NCBI GenBank assembly: GCA_964487665.1
Contig: CAZARR010000005.1
Location: 100-64,099, forward strand
From: an uncultured Pseudomonadales bacterium
GTDB lineage: Bacteria; Patescibacteriota; Microgenomatia; UBA1400; MFAQ01
DNA: 64,000 nucleotides
Direction: 5' to 3'
A program made the position numbers and the translations under genes. This document shows, one piece after another, positions 1-9,607 of the stretch. Below the pieces are notes generated by a model. The model did not search any database. It was not told the origin of the DNA and was given only the letters and a program-made list of their open reading frames with translations. Numbering within the stretch: position 1 is the stretch's first letter; the number at the start of each line of letters is the position of its first letter.

Positions 1-114
1 ATGGCGACAATTTCCTTGAGGGCGCCGTTTATGATCGGAGCTATGGTGGTAGCAATCGCGGTCTGGTTGTCGATAAAAATTTTACAAAAGCCGCATCTGG
101 TGAGAGCGTTTTGA

Positions 115-657
115 GTGGGGATAGGCCACAATAGTTGTAAAATAGGAATGGTGATGCAGGATAAAATAAGAAAAAAAGCACAAGAAATTGCACTAAAGTT
201 TAACCCCGAGGGGATGACCCCTTTCCCATTTGAAAAACTGCAAGAACAAATCGAGGATTTGGATATTTACATTGTTGATTTGGAGGAGGGGGTGAGTGGA
301 GTAATCAGTTTTGACAAAGATGCCAATGAGTTTAGTGTTTTTGTTCACGAGGATGATCCAGAGCCAAAAAGGAATTTTACTATCGCTCATGAATTGGGAC
401 ATTATTATTTGCACGCAAGCGAGGTAAAGAGGCAAGAGGTGCTAGTGGATTATTCCCAAAAAAAAGACCCGACATCAGGCCCTTCAAAGATGGATCAGGA
501 AGCTGATCTCTTTGCCAGCGAGCTGTTGATTCCTGAACAGTTGGCGTTTAAAGCGTGGTCAGATCTAAATGATATTGGTGCATGCGCAGAAGTTTTCAAT
601 GTCCCCATTGGTCGCATGGTACGACGGTTGTCGAATTTAGGACTTTTTCAGGAATGA
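115..657 (+). CDS. ImmA/IrrE-family zinc metallopeptidase domain protein
   Basis: HEXXH motif in IAHELGHYYLH, typical of ImmA/IrrE (DUF955) peptidases. The start may instead be the ATG at 151 (MVMQDK). Confidence 0.6.
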   Translation: MGIGHNSCKIGMVMQDKIRKKAQEIALKFNPEGMTPFPFEKLQEQIEDLDIYIVDLEEGVSGVISFDKDANEFSVFVHEDDPEPKRNFTIAHELGHYYLHASEVKRQEVLVDYSQKKDPTSGPSKMDQEADLFASELLIPEQLAFKAWSDLNDIGACAEVFNVPIGRMVRRLSNLGLFQE

Positions 658-1124
658 CAGACAAGATAATTTATCTTAAAAAACTAAAGACAAAGGCAAA
701 ACCTGGGTCTTTGATCACCGCCCAAAAAGGAAATGTGAAAAATTCAGCGTTGGACGAAATCGACAGAAGAAAAGAAGAATTAAAAAATCAATCTCTTGAG
801 CAGGATATTCGACTGAAAAAGAATACCTTAAATATATTATTTTTATTTTTAGGCGGAGAGACGTTGTTGGTATTTATTTATGCCTATTTGCAGGCGATAA
901 GAGCTAAGGGTTTTGCCCTGGAGGAATGGAGTTTCAAGCTGTTGATTAGCGCTACGCTGTTGCAAATTACTTACATGCTTCAGATGGCAGTGAAACACCT
1001 GTTTCCTACTTCTTCGGGTTCGAAAGGTGAAGGCGAACCAGCCGACGCAAAATCGCCCCCCCTCGCCTTAAGGGCATCGTTGAAGGTAAGATCGCAAATT
1101 TTGACTTGCTGTCTACCTTTATGA
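654..1124 (+). CDS. hypothetical coiled-coil/membrane protein, translationally coupled to the ImmA-like gene
   Basis: The track ORF is 582..1124. The likely start is ATG 654 (MTDKIIY), overlapping the upstream stop as ATGA. Lys/Glu-rich coiled-coil segment followed by hydrophobic helices. No recognisable family. Confidence 0.35.
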   Translation: MTDKIIYLKKLKTKAKPGSLITAQKGNVKNSALDEIDRRKEELKNQSLEQDIRLKKNTLNILFLFLGGETLLVFIYAYLQAIRAKGFALEEWSFKLLISATLLQITYMLQMAVKHLFPTSSGSKGEGEPADAKSPPLALRASLKVRSQILTCCLPL

Positions 1125-1477
1125 TGATTCCTAGTTTTTATTACCAAGTCCGAAAGGAAAAGATGGGACGAGATGGAGACTTTTTTTATTTTCGATAGCA
1201 ATAAATGGTGTCGATGAGCCTTTCCGCTTAGCTCAGAATGGGTGATATCGAGAAAGTCCTTTGCGACGATCAGCTTGTCAGTAAAGAAATTAAAGGGGAA
1301 GCGCGAGCGAAAGGTGGCGCGTTTATGTTTTACTTGGCGTTTTTTGCTTGGGGAATACTTTACCTGCTGGCGGAGGCAACCAACAAACTGGTGAAAATTA
1401 TATTCACGGTTGATAAGTCTGTGCAAACAGCCACAACCTTGAGTTAGCACCTTACTTAAATATATTAACAGGTTTTG

Positions 1478-2140
1478 CTACCAGTTGATGGGGGAAAGTC
1501 CGTTTAAGATCAAAAATGTGTTCGTTTGGCTAAAAGGGTGGCTGCCAAAAAAACCAGAATGTGCTGAAAAAGGCGATGGGTGAGCTGATTTGATCACAAG
1601 GTGTTTATCAGTGTTAATTTTTGTCCCTTTGTCTTGGGCGTATCTACCCCAGAGAATAAAGACTAAGTTATCTTTTTGGTCTGATAAATTCTGGATAACT
1701 GCGTCGGTAAATTGCTCCCAGCCCTTGTTTTGGTGTGAGCTCGGATTATTGGCGCGAACAGTGAGGGTGGCGTTGAGAAGCAGTACTCCCTGTCTGGCCC
1801 AGTCGGACAAATCACCGGACGATTTTCGCAAGATACCCAGATCGTCATAAAGCTCTTTAAATATGTTTTGCAGAGAGGGAGGCAAAGCTACGCCCGGGTT
1901 GACAGAAAATGACAGGCCATTGGCTTGTTTGGGTCCGTGATAGGGGTCCTGACCGAGAATCACCACTTTGACCTGATCAAATGGACATTGATCAAAGGCG
2001 GAAAAGATAAATTTTGCAGGCGGATAAACTTGTGTTGATCGATATTCACTTTTGACAAATTGGGTGAGTTTTTCAAAGTAATCAGAGTCAAATTCTGCAC
2101 TCAGGGCTTTTTGCCAGCTTTTTTCGATCCGAACTTGCAC
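1478..2140 (-). CDS. ung: uracil-DNA glycosylase (family 1)
   Basis: Signature VKVVILGQDPYHG, and HPSP-type motif AHPSPFSAH. The track ORF extends to 2305, but homology to Ung begins near LVQVRIEKSW. A GTG at 2138-2140 is a plausible start. Confidence 0.85.
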   Translation of the reverse strand: MQVRIEKSWQKALSAEFDSDYFEKLTQFVKSEYRSTQVYPPAKFIFSAFDQCPFDQVKVVILGQDPYHGPKQANGLSFSVNPGVALPPSLQNIFKELYDDLGILRKSSGDLSDWARQGVLLLNATLTVRANNPSSHQNKGWEQFTDAVIQNLSDQKDNLVFILWGRYAQDKGTKINTDKHLVIKSAHPSPFSAHSGFFGSHPFSQTNTFLILNGLSPINW

Positions 2141-2189
2141 AAGTGTGATTGTACTAGTTTGGGTCAGTTCGGTGGGGTAGAATGTCGAT

Positions 2190-2684
2190 GTGGAACCTAA
2201 AACTGCCCAGCAACGACTTGAGAAGTATATTGCAAGGAAGGTTGCGTCAGGCCAATTGGTGGATCCTGAGGACCTGAGATTGTTGGATAGAACTCGAGTT
2301 CGCACAGAAAAGGCAGGGGGGGAGGTAAGGTTGGTGGGGGATTATCAAAATTCTGAGGGGTTTGAGTCTAGGGTTGGGGGAGGGTGTCTAGGTTGGGCAA
2401 ACGAATATTATTTGATTAGAACATCTTCGATTGTCCACCACATAGGAGTCTTTAAGGTTTTAGAAGAAGAGTATTCGTTAAGAAATATTGAAGCATTAAC
2501 AATGGAGCAGGGGTTTTGGCAAAGGGTCTTTAATTACGGTACCATCCATTTTTTCAGCCCAGTTTTAAAGCAGGAATATTATTTAAATAATATTAATCGA
2601 CCAAAGGAAGTTAGGGATTTAATTGATGGAATTGTTCACTCTAACAAGTCGGGGAAAAGTGAGAAGATTATTTTTCGTAGGTAA
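2190..2684 (+). CDS. hypothetical protein with bacterial PH (bPH_2/YdbT-like) domain
   Basis: YYLIRTSS ... IEALTMEQGFWQRVFNYGTIHF resembles the bPH_2 consensus (yiTnrR ... iqsv.veQgflqR.fglGtl). No overlap with ung once ung is trimmed to its homologous start. Confidence 0.45.
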   Translation: MEPKTAQQRLEKYIARKVASGQLVDPEDLRLLDRTRVRTEKAGGEVRLVGDYQNSEGFESRVGGGCLGWANEYYLIRTSSIVHHIGVFKVLEEEYSLRNIEALTMEQGFWQRVFNYGTIHFFSPVLKQEYYLNNINRPKEVRDLIDGIVHSNKSGKSEKIIFRR

Positions 2685-2827
2685 TGATGTCAGGGGAAGG
2701 GATTGTTTGGGACACTATAATATTACTCGCTTACCCTAGTGATTTGACCGGAGTTACCGCCTAGTATTTTTAATAATATTAATAGCTAAGATTATGGAAG
2801 AGAATATATGATGTTAATATTAGAACT

Positions 2828-3919
2828 GTGAAGATTGGGATTGTCGGTTTACCGAATGTAGGGAAGAGTACGCTTTTTAATGCCCTACTAAAAAAGCAAG
2901 CGGCTTTTGCGGCCAATTTTCCTTTTGCCACCATTGAACCAAATGTGGGCGTGGTTCCTGTGCCTGATGAAAGATTGAAACAGTTGGCCAAAGTGGTCAA
3001 TACAGAGAAAATTGTTCCGGCTACGGTTGAATTTGTGGATATTGCTGGTTTGGTTAAGGGAGCGTCCAAAGGCGAGGGGTTGGGTAACAAATTTTTGTCG
3101 CATATTCGAGAAGTAAATGTAATCTGTCATGTAATTCGAGACTTTGCTGATACAAATGTAGTTCAAACAGGTAGCGGGAATGCGGTTGATGATTTCTTGG
3201 TGGTTGAAACCGAGTTACAGCTGGCAGATATGGAAACATTGCTTAAACAGACTGAACCAAAAGGAAAGGTTCAAAGGGCTGAGTTAGTTCGATTCGAGGG
3301 AATAAAAAAGTTGATTGCTGGTTTGGTGAAAGGGTTATCGGCTAGGGATGTGTTACTTTCGGATGAAGAAAGAGCCTTGACCAACGACTTAATGCTGCTT
3401 ACAGCCAAGAAGATTGTGATTGCAGTAAATATTGGCGAGGATTTGGTGGGCCAGTTTGGACTTATCGCCAAGGAAGTTGGCGAAAATTTGCAATTGGCAG
3501 GGGTGAAAGTCGAAAATACGATTGTCTTGCCGATTTGTGCAAAAATGGAGGAGGAATTAGCAGAATTCGATGATAGTGAAAAACGTAGATACTTAAAAGA
3601 GGTGGGTTTGTCTGAAACGGGATTGGAAAGGTTGATCGAGGTGTCATATGGTCAGTTGGGTTTGATCAGTTTTTTAACGGCGGGGGAGAAAGAAGTAAGA
3701 GCCTGGACTATTGTAAATGGAACCAAAGCGCCTCAGGCCGCCGGAGTGATACATTCTGACTTTGAAACGAAATTTATCAAGGCAAAGGTTTGCAATTTTG
3801 TTGATTTTATCCGCTTGGGTGGCTGGAAAAAGTCGGCCGAGGAGGGTAAGGTAAGAATTGAAGGCAAGGAATATACGATCAAAGAGGGCGATGTGGTTGA
3901 GTACATGATTGGCAGTTAG
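2828..3919 (+). CDS. ychF: ribosome-binding ATPase YchF (Obg-family GTPase)
   Basis: MKIGIVGLPNVGKSTLFNALL P-loop. Full-length YchF/OLA1 architecture with C-terminal TGS-like region. Confidence 0.95.
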   Translation: MKIGIVGLPNVGKSTLFNALLKKQAAFAANFPFATIEPNVGVVPVPDERLKQLAKVVNTEKIVPATVEFVDIAGLVKGASKGEGLGNKFLSHIREVNVICHVIRDFADTNVVQTGSGNAVDDFLVVETELQLADMETLLKQTEPKGKVQRAELVRFEGIKKLIAGLVKGLSARDVLLSDEERALTNDLMLLTAKKIVIAVNIGEDLVGQFGLIAKEVGENLQLAGVKVENTIVLPICAKMEEELAEFDDSEKRRYLKEVGLSETGLERLIEVSYGQLGLISFLTAGEKEVRAWTIVNGTKAPQAAGVIHSDFETKFIKAKVCNFVDFIRLGGWKKSAEEGKVRIEGKEYTIKEGDVVEYMIGS

Positions 3920-3937
3920 TGCTTATTCGTGTAAAAT

Positions 3938-4228
3938 ATGGCAGCAATGAGTAAAAGTGCAGCCTACGAGTTGGTGGTGATGTTTGCCGCGGAAAAGAAC
4001 GATGTAATGGCGGAAAAGTCAGTCGCCGATAAATGTAAAAAGAATGATCTTAAGGTTCTTTCTGTCGACAAGTGGGGGGTGAAGACGCTCGCTTACCCGA
4101 TTAACAAACAAAACAAGGCTTTGTATTTGTTCTACAAACTAGAAGGTATGGGTAGTGGTGCCAAGGCATTAGCAGCCGAGTTGAAATCTGACGAGGATAT
4201 TATAAGGTATTTGTTAATTAAAAATTAA
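3938..4228 (+). CDS. rpsF: 30S ribosomal protein S6
   Basis: 96 aa, S6-like N-terminus (YELVVMF). Conserved rpsF-ssb-rpsR gene order. Confidence 0.85.
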   Translation: MAAMSKSAAYELVVMFAAEKNDVMAEKSVADKCKKNDLKVLSVDKWGVKTLAYPINKQNKALYLFYKLEGMGSGAKALAAELKSDEDIIRYLLIKN

Positions 4229-4239
4229 GGATAACAAAC

Positions 4240-4779
4240 ATGAGCGCCAGAAGTTTGAACAAAGTGATTTTGATAGGAAACTTAACTAAGGATCCTGAGC
4301 TTAGGTATACGCCTTCGGGGACAGCGGTTTGCTCTTTTAGTGTTGCCACCAATCGTGACTGGGTAGACCCGAATGGACAGAAACAGGAAGAGGTTGAGTT
4401 TACGAGAGTAGTTGCCTGGAGCAAACTGGCCGAAATTTGTTCTCAGCTATTGAATAAGGGTAGAAAGGTGTATGTTGAAGGACGTTTAAGGACAAGGGCT
4501 TGGAAGTCGCAAGATGGACAGGATAGACAAGTGACGGAGGTGGTGATAAGTGAGATGATTGCCTTAGGAGATCCAAAGGGTGGGGCTTCTTATCAGGGTG
4601 GTGAACCGACTGCTGCTTATGATGATAACGCTGTGGCAGCGGATCAGGCCACTAGCGCTGAGGCTGTTAACCCCGAAGAGGTATTTGTTCCTGATGAAGA
4701 GGTTGTCAAGGACGAAAAACCACCCAAAACCAAGAAAAAAAGTATGGCTGAAGAAGTGGCCGACGATATTCCGTTCTAA
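4240..4779 (+). CDS. ssb: single-stranded DNA-binding protein
   Basis: OB-fold N-terminus (VILIGNLTKDPELRYTPSG), acidic C-terminal tail ending DDIPF. Confidence 0.95.
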   Translation: MSARSLNKVILIGNLTKDPELRYTPSGTAVCSFSVATNRDWVDPNGQKQEEVEFTRVVAWSKLAEICSQLLNKGRKVYVEGRLRTRAWKSQDGQDRQVTEVVISEMIALGDPKGGASYQGGEPTAAYDDNAVAADQATSAEAVNPEEVFVPDEEVVKDEKPPKTKKKSMAEEVADDIPF

Positions 4780-4791
4780 TTTATAGATAAT

Positions 4792-5025
4792 ATGCAACCA
4801 ATAAAGAAAAAAATAAGAAGAAGTAACAAGCCGTGCTATTACTGCACTGCAAAGACAGAACCTGATTACAAAAATATTGAAAGTTTACAGGTGGCTCTGT
4901 CTAATAAACAGAGGATAGTATCAAGATTATTAACTGGCGTATGCCAAAAACACCAGAGGCGCGTGGCTCGGGAAATAAAGCGGTCGCGACATCTGGCTTT
5001 TCTTCCTTTTGTGGGTAGGCTTTAA
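4792..5025 (+). CDS. rpsR: 30S ribosomal protein S18
   Basis: CYYC ... PDYKN ... RIVSRLLTGVCQKHQRRVAREIKRSRHLAFLP matches the S18 consensus. Confidence 0.9.
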   Translation: MQPIKKKIRRSNKPCYYCTAKTEPDYKNIESLQVALSNKQRIVSRLLTGVCQKHQRRVAREIKRSRHLAFLPFVGRL

Positions 5026-6260
5026 TGAAGTTGTCCAAGATTAGATCTGCCCTAATAATCTTGATTTTGGTTTTGCTTTCTGGTGGAATAGGATTTTCTC
5101 AGGGCAAAAAAAGTGTTTTGGTAAGAATCTCGGATGGCAAGTCGTCCTCGTTGATTGAAGACAAAAGTGCTGCGGCTAATCTAGATTTGTTTTGGGAGGT
5201 TTGGCACAAACTAGAAAGAAGTTACTTGGAACCGTCGGCCATTGATACCAAAAAAATGGTTTACGGAGCTATCAAGGGGATGACTGCAGCTTTGGATGAT
5301 CCATACACATCCTTCTTGCCACCGACGGATAACAATAGAACCAAGGAGGATTTATCTGGTGAGTTTAATGGGATTGGAATCCAACTTGGTTTTATCGAAA
5401 AGACTTTGGCTGTAATGTCGCCGCTTCCTAACAATCCTGCGATTAAGGCAGGGATTAGATCACGTGACTTAATTCTAAAAATAAAAGATAGTGAAAAAAA
5501 CATCGATAAGGACACCCAAGGGATGAGCTTGTCCGAGGCAATGGAGTTAATCAGGGGTAAAAAGGGTACAAGCGTAACCTTAACGGTCCTGCACGAGGGG
5601 GATAAGGAAACGAAGGAAATAAGTGTGATACGAGACACGATTAATGTGGTCTCGGTTGAATTGGTGTGGAAAGAAAATAGTGTGGGTAAAAAAGTGGCGT
5701 GGTTAAAAGTGTTAAGGTTTGGTGAGAAGACGACTTCCGAGTGGGAGAAGGCGGTGGGCGAGGTTGCAATGAAACGAAAAAGCGATAGCAGGTTTGGTGG
5801 AGTTGTCTTGGACTTGAGAAACAATCCAGGAGGATTTTTAAAGGGTGCAGTTGATTTGGCCTCGGAGTTTGTCGCTGATGGGGTGATTGTTCAGCAACAG
5901 GGTAAGGATACTACGGAAAAGTTTGAAGTCGATAGACAGGGGAAATTAATTGGTGTACCACTTGTAATTTTAGTTAATCAGGGATCTGCAAGTGCGAGCG
6001 AGATATTGGCTGGAGCATTACGCGAGAGACTGGGTGTAAAAATTGTGGGCGAGAATACATTCGGAAAGGGCACGGTTCAAGAGGCTCAGGAACTTGCGGG
6101 TGGCGCCGGCCTTCATGTGACAGTAGCTCGATGGCTATTGCCATCTGGTAAAAATATTCACAAAGAAGGATTAAAGCCTGATATTGAAATAAAGTACCAA
6201 GCCAAAGAGGGAGATTCCGAGTATGATAATCAGATTGATCGAGCGGTTGAAATTTTGTAG
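5025..6260 (+). CDS. ctpA: carboxy-terminal processing peptidase (S41 family) with PDZ domain
   Basis: N-terminal signal/TM segment. GIGIQLGF PDZ region. LDLRNNPGGFL S41 active-site region. Confidence 0.85.
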   Translation: MKLSKIRSALIILILVLLSGGIGFSQGKKSVLVRISDGKSSSLIEDKSAAANLDLFWEVWHKLERSYLEPSAIDTKKMVYGAIKGMTAALDDPYTSFLPPTDNNRTKEDLSGEFNGIGIQLGFIEKTLAVMSPLPNNPAIKAGIRSRDLILKIKDSEKNIDKDTQGMSLSEAMELIRGKKGTSVTLTVLHEGDKETKEISVIRDTINVVSVELVWKENSVGKKVAWLKVLRFGEKTTSEWEKAVGEVAMKRKSDSRFGGVVLDLRNNPGGFLKGAVDLASEFVADGVIVQQQGKDTTEKFEVDRQGKLIGVPLVILVNQGSASASEILAGALRERLGVKIVGENTFGKGTVQEAQELAGGAGLHVTVARWLLPSGKNIHKEGLKPDIEIKYQAKEGDSEYDNQIDRAVEIL

Positions 6261-6284
6261 AGATTAAGGTTTAATGGTGTTCTG

Positions 6285-7454
6285 ATGAGAAACTTTTTTT
6301 TAGGTTTGTTGTTGTCGGTTTTGGTGTTGTTTTCGGCGGTAGGCGGAGCTTTGGCTGACAGATTGTTTGTGATTAGGCCATTGGACTCCTTGGTGGCCAG
6401 AGTAGATAGCCGGTCGGTGGTGGGGGGAAGTAAAAATAGAGGAGGAGATGTAAAAGTAATTACGGAACAAAATCTGGTAATTGACGTTGCCAAAAAGGCT
6501 AGTCCGGCGGTAGTTACCGTAAGTGTGGTTGCAAAGACAATGCCGATGCAGGGTTTTAGTATCGGACCATTTGGTAGGATACAGTTCCCCGATGCCAAGG
6601 AGGAGCAGATTAAGCGTGATATCGGAAGTGGTTTTATTATTAGTAAGGACGGGTTAGTGGTGACAAACAGACATGTGGTGTCGGAGCAGAATGTTTCTTA
6701 CAAGGTGGTGACAAAGGATGACAAAGAGTACGAAGTAAAGAACATCTACCGTGATCCTGTAAATGATTTGGCAATCCTAAAAATTGATGGTGGAAATAAA
6801 ACTTTTGACAGTGTCGAGATGGGGGATTCCGATACTTTGCAAGTGGGGCAATATGTGGTGGCGATTGGGACTGCTTTAGGCGAATTTCGGCACACAGTAA
6901 CCCAGGGAGTAATTTCGGGTTTAGGGCGAGGCATAACTGCTGGAGATGGACTGGGGCAGTCAGTCGAACAGCTGGACAATATAATCCAAACTGACGCGGC
7001 TATTAATCCTGGTAATTCGGGTGGTCCGTTGTTGAATTCTGAGGGGCAAGTGATCGGGGTAAACGCGGCAATGGCGGGAAATGCACAAAGTGTTGGGTTT
7101 GCTATTCCTATTAATGTAGTCAAGGAATCAATTGATAATTTCGCCAAGAGTGGAGAATTTAACCGTGCCTTTTTTGGGGTAAGGTACCAGATGATAGATA
7201 GAGAGACCGCATTACTTAACAAATTACCCGAGGGAGCTTATGTAGTAGAAGTGGTGGCAAACTCATCGGCCGAAAAAGCTGGAATAGAAAAAGGTGACAT
7301 CTTGGTCTCTGTTGAAGGAACAAGGGTGGGGGAGATAAAGGGAGGTTTGGCGGGGGCTATTTCCAAGAAAAAAGTGGGTGACGTAGTTACAGTCGAATAT
7401 TGGAGGGATGGGAGTACAAAAGAAGTAAAAGTTACTTTGAAAGTAGCTGAGTAG
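6285..7454 (+). CDS. htrA: HtrA/DegP-family serine protease with C-terminal PDZ domain
   Basis: [19 protein letters not shown] (His region) and GNSGGPLLN (catalytic Ser). N-terminal TM segment. Confidence 0.9.
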   Translation: MRNFFLGLLLSVLVLFSAVGGALADRLFVIRPLDSLVARVDSRSVVGGSKNRGGDVKVITEQNLVIDVAKKASPAVVTVSVVAKTMPMQGFSIGPFGRIQFPDAKEEQIKRDIGSGFIISKDGLVVTNRHVVSEQNVSYKVVTKDDKEYEVKNIYRDPVNDLAILKIDGGNKTFDSVEMGDSDTLQVGQYVVAIGTALGEFRHTVTQGVISGLGRGITAGDGLGQSVEQLDNIIQTDAAINPGNSGGPLLNSEGQVIGVNAAMAGNAQSVGFAIPINVVKESIDNFAKSGEFNRAFFGVRYQMIDRETALLNKLPEGAYVVEVVANSSAEKAGIEKGDILVSVEGTRVGEIKGGLAGAISKKKVGDVVTVEYWRDGSTKEVKVTLKVAE

Positions 7455-8352
7455 TGTCGAGGAAGACTTGGTCAAGATCGCCTTCGATGATTTCCTTGAG
7501 ACTGTACCAGCTTTTATCTATGCGATGGTCAGTGAGTCGGTTTTGAGAAAAGTTGTAAGTTTTAATTTTTTCTGATCGCATACCCGAACCTATGGCGCTG
7601 CGACCTTGTTGAATTGTTTTCTGGCGTTCCAAGTCCTGCATTTCCCATAGTTTTGAGCGAAGTAGGTCAAGAGCTATTTCGCGGTTACGAAATTGGTTTC
7701 GCTCTTCACGGACACTTATTATGATATTGGTTGGTTTGTGAAGTAACCGGACGGCGGTATTGACTTTGTTGACGTTTTGACCCCCCGGGCCGCCGGCTCG
7801 AGAAAACTGCCATTCTAAATCAGATTCGACAACTTCGAGTAATTTGGCGCTAATTTGTGGAAGTACGGCTACGGTGGCGGTAGAGGTGTGGACTCGTCCC
7901 TGAGATTCTGTCTCGGGAACGCGTTGAACACGATGGACACCTGCCTCGATAATGAATGTGTCATACGGTGAGTCGGGCCAGTCAGTTTTTGAACCCTGGC
8001 TAATTTTGAATATGTTTTCGTCCAGTAGCTCGGTTACAAAACGGTGCTTTTCGCAAAAGCGAAGATACATTCGCATTAGATCGCTAGCAAATATTTTGGC
8101 TTCGTCTCCTCCAGTAGCTGGCCTAATTTCCAGTATGGCAGGGTAACGAGTGGTTAACGCGTCAACAGATTGATTGTCGTCAGATTGATTAACGGCGGGC
8201 TGAGACCCCTGTTGTAGTTGTTCGATTTGTTTTTGCAAACGGGCAATTTCTTCTGTGGCAAGACTAGCAAATTCGGTATCCTTAAGTAGAGACTGATTTC
8301 GAGCGATCTCGGCTTGCAAGCGAGATATTTCCTGTTGCAGGTAGTCAATCAT
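7432..8352 (-). CDS. prfA: peptide chain release factor 1
   Basis: GGQ motif ([17 protein letters not shown]). Tripeptide anticodon of PxT type ([13 protein letters not shown]) indicates RF1 rather than RF2 (SPF). Confidence 0.85.
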   Translation of the reverse strand: MIDYLQQEISRLQAEIARNQSLLKDTEFASLATEEIARLQKQIEQLQQGSQPAVNQSDDNQSVDALTTRYPAILEIRPATGGDEAKIFASDLMRMYLRFCEKHRFVTELLDENIFKISQGSKTDWPDSPYDTFIIEAGVHRVQRVPETESQGRVHTSTATVAVLPQISAKLLEVVESDLEWQFSRAGGPGGQNVNKVNTAVRLLHKPTNIIISVREERNQFRNREIALDLLRSKLWEMQDLERQKTIQQGRSAIGSGMRSEKIKTYNFSQNRLTDHRIDKSWYSLKEIIEGDLDQVFLDTTQLLSK

Positions 8353-8377
8353 AGATTAGTTTGATTGTAAGGGAAAC

Positions 8378-8677
8378 TTACTTGGGTTGCACCTTGGCGG
8401 AGGTAAGCATGTCTTTGAGGCTGTGAAATTCTGGTTGGGGAGCGTTGCGCTGATTTTTCTTTTTTGTGTAATTGACAGCAGCCGCTTGCCTTTTGAGGAA
8501 TTTATCAACATTGCCCAGAGTGTCGACAAACTTCAATTCTCCAGTAAAGAAAGGGTGACACTTGGAGCAAATATCTACGGTTATTGCTGGTAAAGTGGAA
8601 CCGGTGACAAAAGTGTTACCGCAGGCACATTTGACGGCACAATCGGTGTGGTATTGGGGGTGAGTATTGGCTTTCAC
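8378..8677 (-). CDS. rpmE: 50S ribosomal protein L31
   Basis: MKANTHPQY ... CxCG ... [10 protein letters not shown], the L31 zinc-ribbon consensus. Confidence 0.85.
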   Translation of the reverse strand: MKANTHPQYHTDCAVKCACGNTFVTGSTLPAITVDICSKCHPFFTGELKFVDTLGNVDKFLKRQAAAVNYTKKKNQRNAPQPEFHSLKDMLTSAKVQPK

Positions 8678-8686
8678 GAGGTCAAA

Positions 8687-9607
8687 TTATAGCACACGGG
8701 GTTTGCGTTCGGAGAAAAATACCCCGAAAATAATGGCCACAAAACAAAGCATGGTAAACAAAGATACTGATTCTTTTAGCCAGAAAAAGGCGAGAGGAAT
8801 TGTAAAAACAGGTTCAAGGTAAGTGAAAATGGCGGCTTTAGAGGCGGGAATAGCTTTTTGCCCCTCGGTGCGTGCCCAAAAACTGATTAGAGAGCCAAAA
8901 ATTGCCATATACAAAATTCCAGGAACAGAGATAAGTAAGTTGTCAAGGTTAAGCGGGGTAGAAGCTGGGAAGGCGTTTATCAAGGCCAAGACCGCAAAGA
9001 TAGGAAGACTAACTAGGTATGAAACTAGACTCACGTGAGTAGAATCGGGTTTGATTTTTTTGGCATAAATTAAATATGCGACCCAAAAAATGTTACTAAG
9101 AATAATTAGTATGTTTCCGGCAAGAGATTTGATGGCCAATGGATAAAAGTGTCCATCAATAATTAGCGGTGAAAGTGCCACACCTAGTGTAGCTACAGTG
9201 GCGATTGCCAGCCCGATCTTCTCATTTCTATTAATGCGTTCTTTTAGAAATAGACTGCTAGCTGCAACAGCTAGTAGTGGACTAGAGGCGGCAATTATTG
9301 CTGCCTCAAGAGAGCTTGTGAGTGTTAACCCTAGGAATAATGGAATTAAACAAAGCGGAATACCAAGGATACCTAATAATATTAGTGGGGGTAATTGTTT
9401 AAGTCTTAATTTTGGTCCGTTAAATAGGAATAAATAATAATAAAGAGTCACCATACCGGCAATTGCGAATCGAAAAAGAAGAAAGTATGAAAGGGAAATC
9501 GAATTAAGGGTGTGTTTAATAATTGGGGGTGCAATTCCCCAAAGAAATGCGGAAATAAGGAGCAACGCATACGATCGTGAAATGGGAGAGTTAATTGTAG
9601 AAGACAT
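8687..9607 (-). CDS. EamA/DMT-family transporter (10-TM membrane protein)
   Basis: Two repeated five-helix hydrophobic halves typical of the drug/metabolite transporter superfamily. Confidence 0.55.
   Translation of the reverse strand: MSSTINSPISRSYALLLISAFLWGIAPPIIKHTLNSISLSYFLLFRFAIAGMVTLYYYLFLFNGPKLRLKQLPPLILLGILGIPLCLIPLFLGLTLTSSLEAAIIAASSPLLAVAASSLFLKERINRNEKIGLAIATVATLGVALSPLIIDGHFYPLAIKSLAGNILIILSNIFWVAYLIYAKKIKPDSTHVSLVSYLVSLPIFAVLALINAFPASTPLNLDNLLISVPGILYMAIFGSLISFWARTEGQKAIPASKAAIFTYLEPVFTIPLAFFWLKESVSLFTMLCFVAIIFGVFFSERKPRVL

Noticed and set aside
193-435. Antisense shadow ORFs listed in the six-frame track (193..435-, 980..1450-, 1590..1850+, 5261..5824-, 6746..7222-, 9655..10074+, 19908..20390-, 26835..27167+, 35614..35889-, 37215..37565-, 43420..43767-, 43927..44265+, 62404..62721+ and similar)
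   Set aside because: Each lies entirely inside, and antisense to or out of frame with, a strongly supported conserved gene. All have low-complexity, proline/serine-rich or otherwise non-protein-like composition. Treated as spurious.
1238-1447. 69-aa small membrane protein ORF (MGDIEK ... one TM helix)
   Set aside because: Plausible, but it is overlapped on the opposite strand by a longer ORF and there is no conservation evidence. Not reported as a feature.
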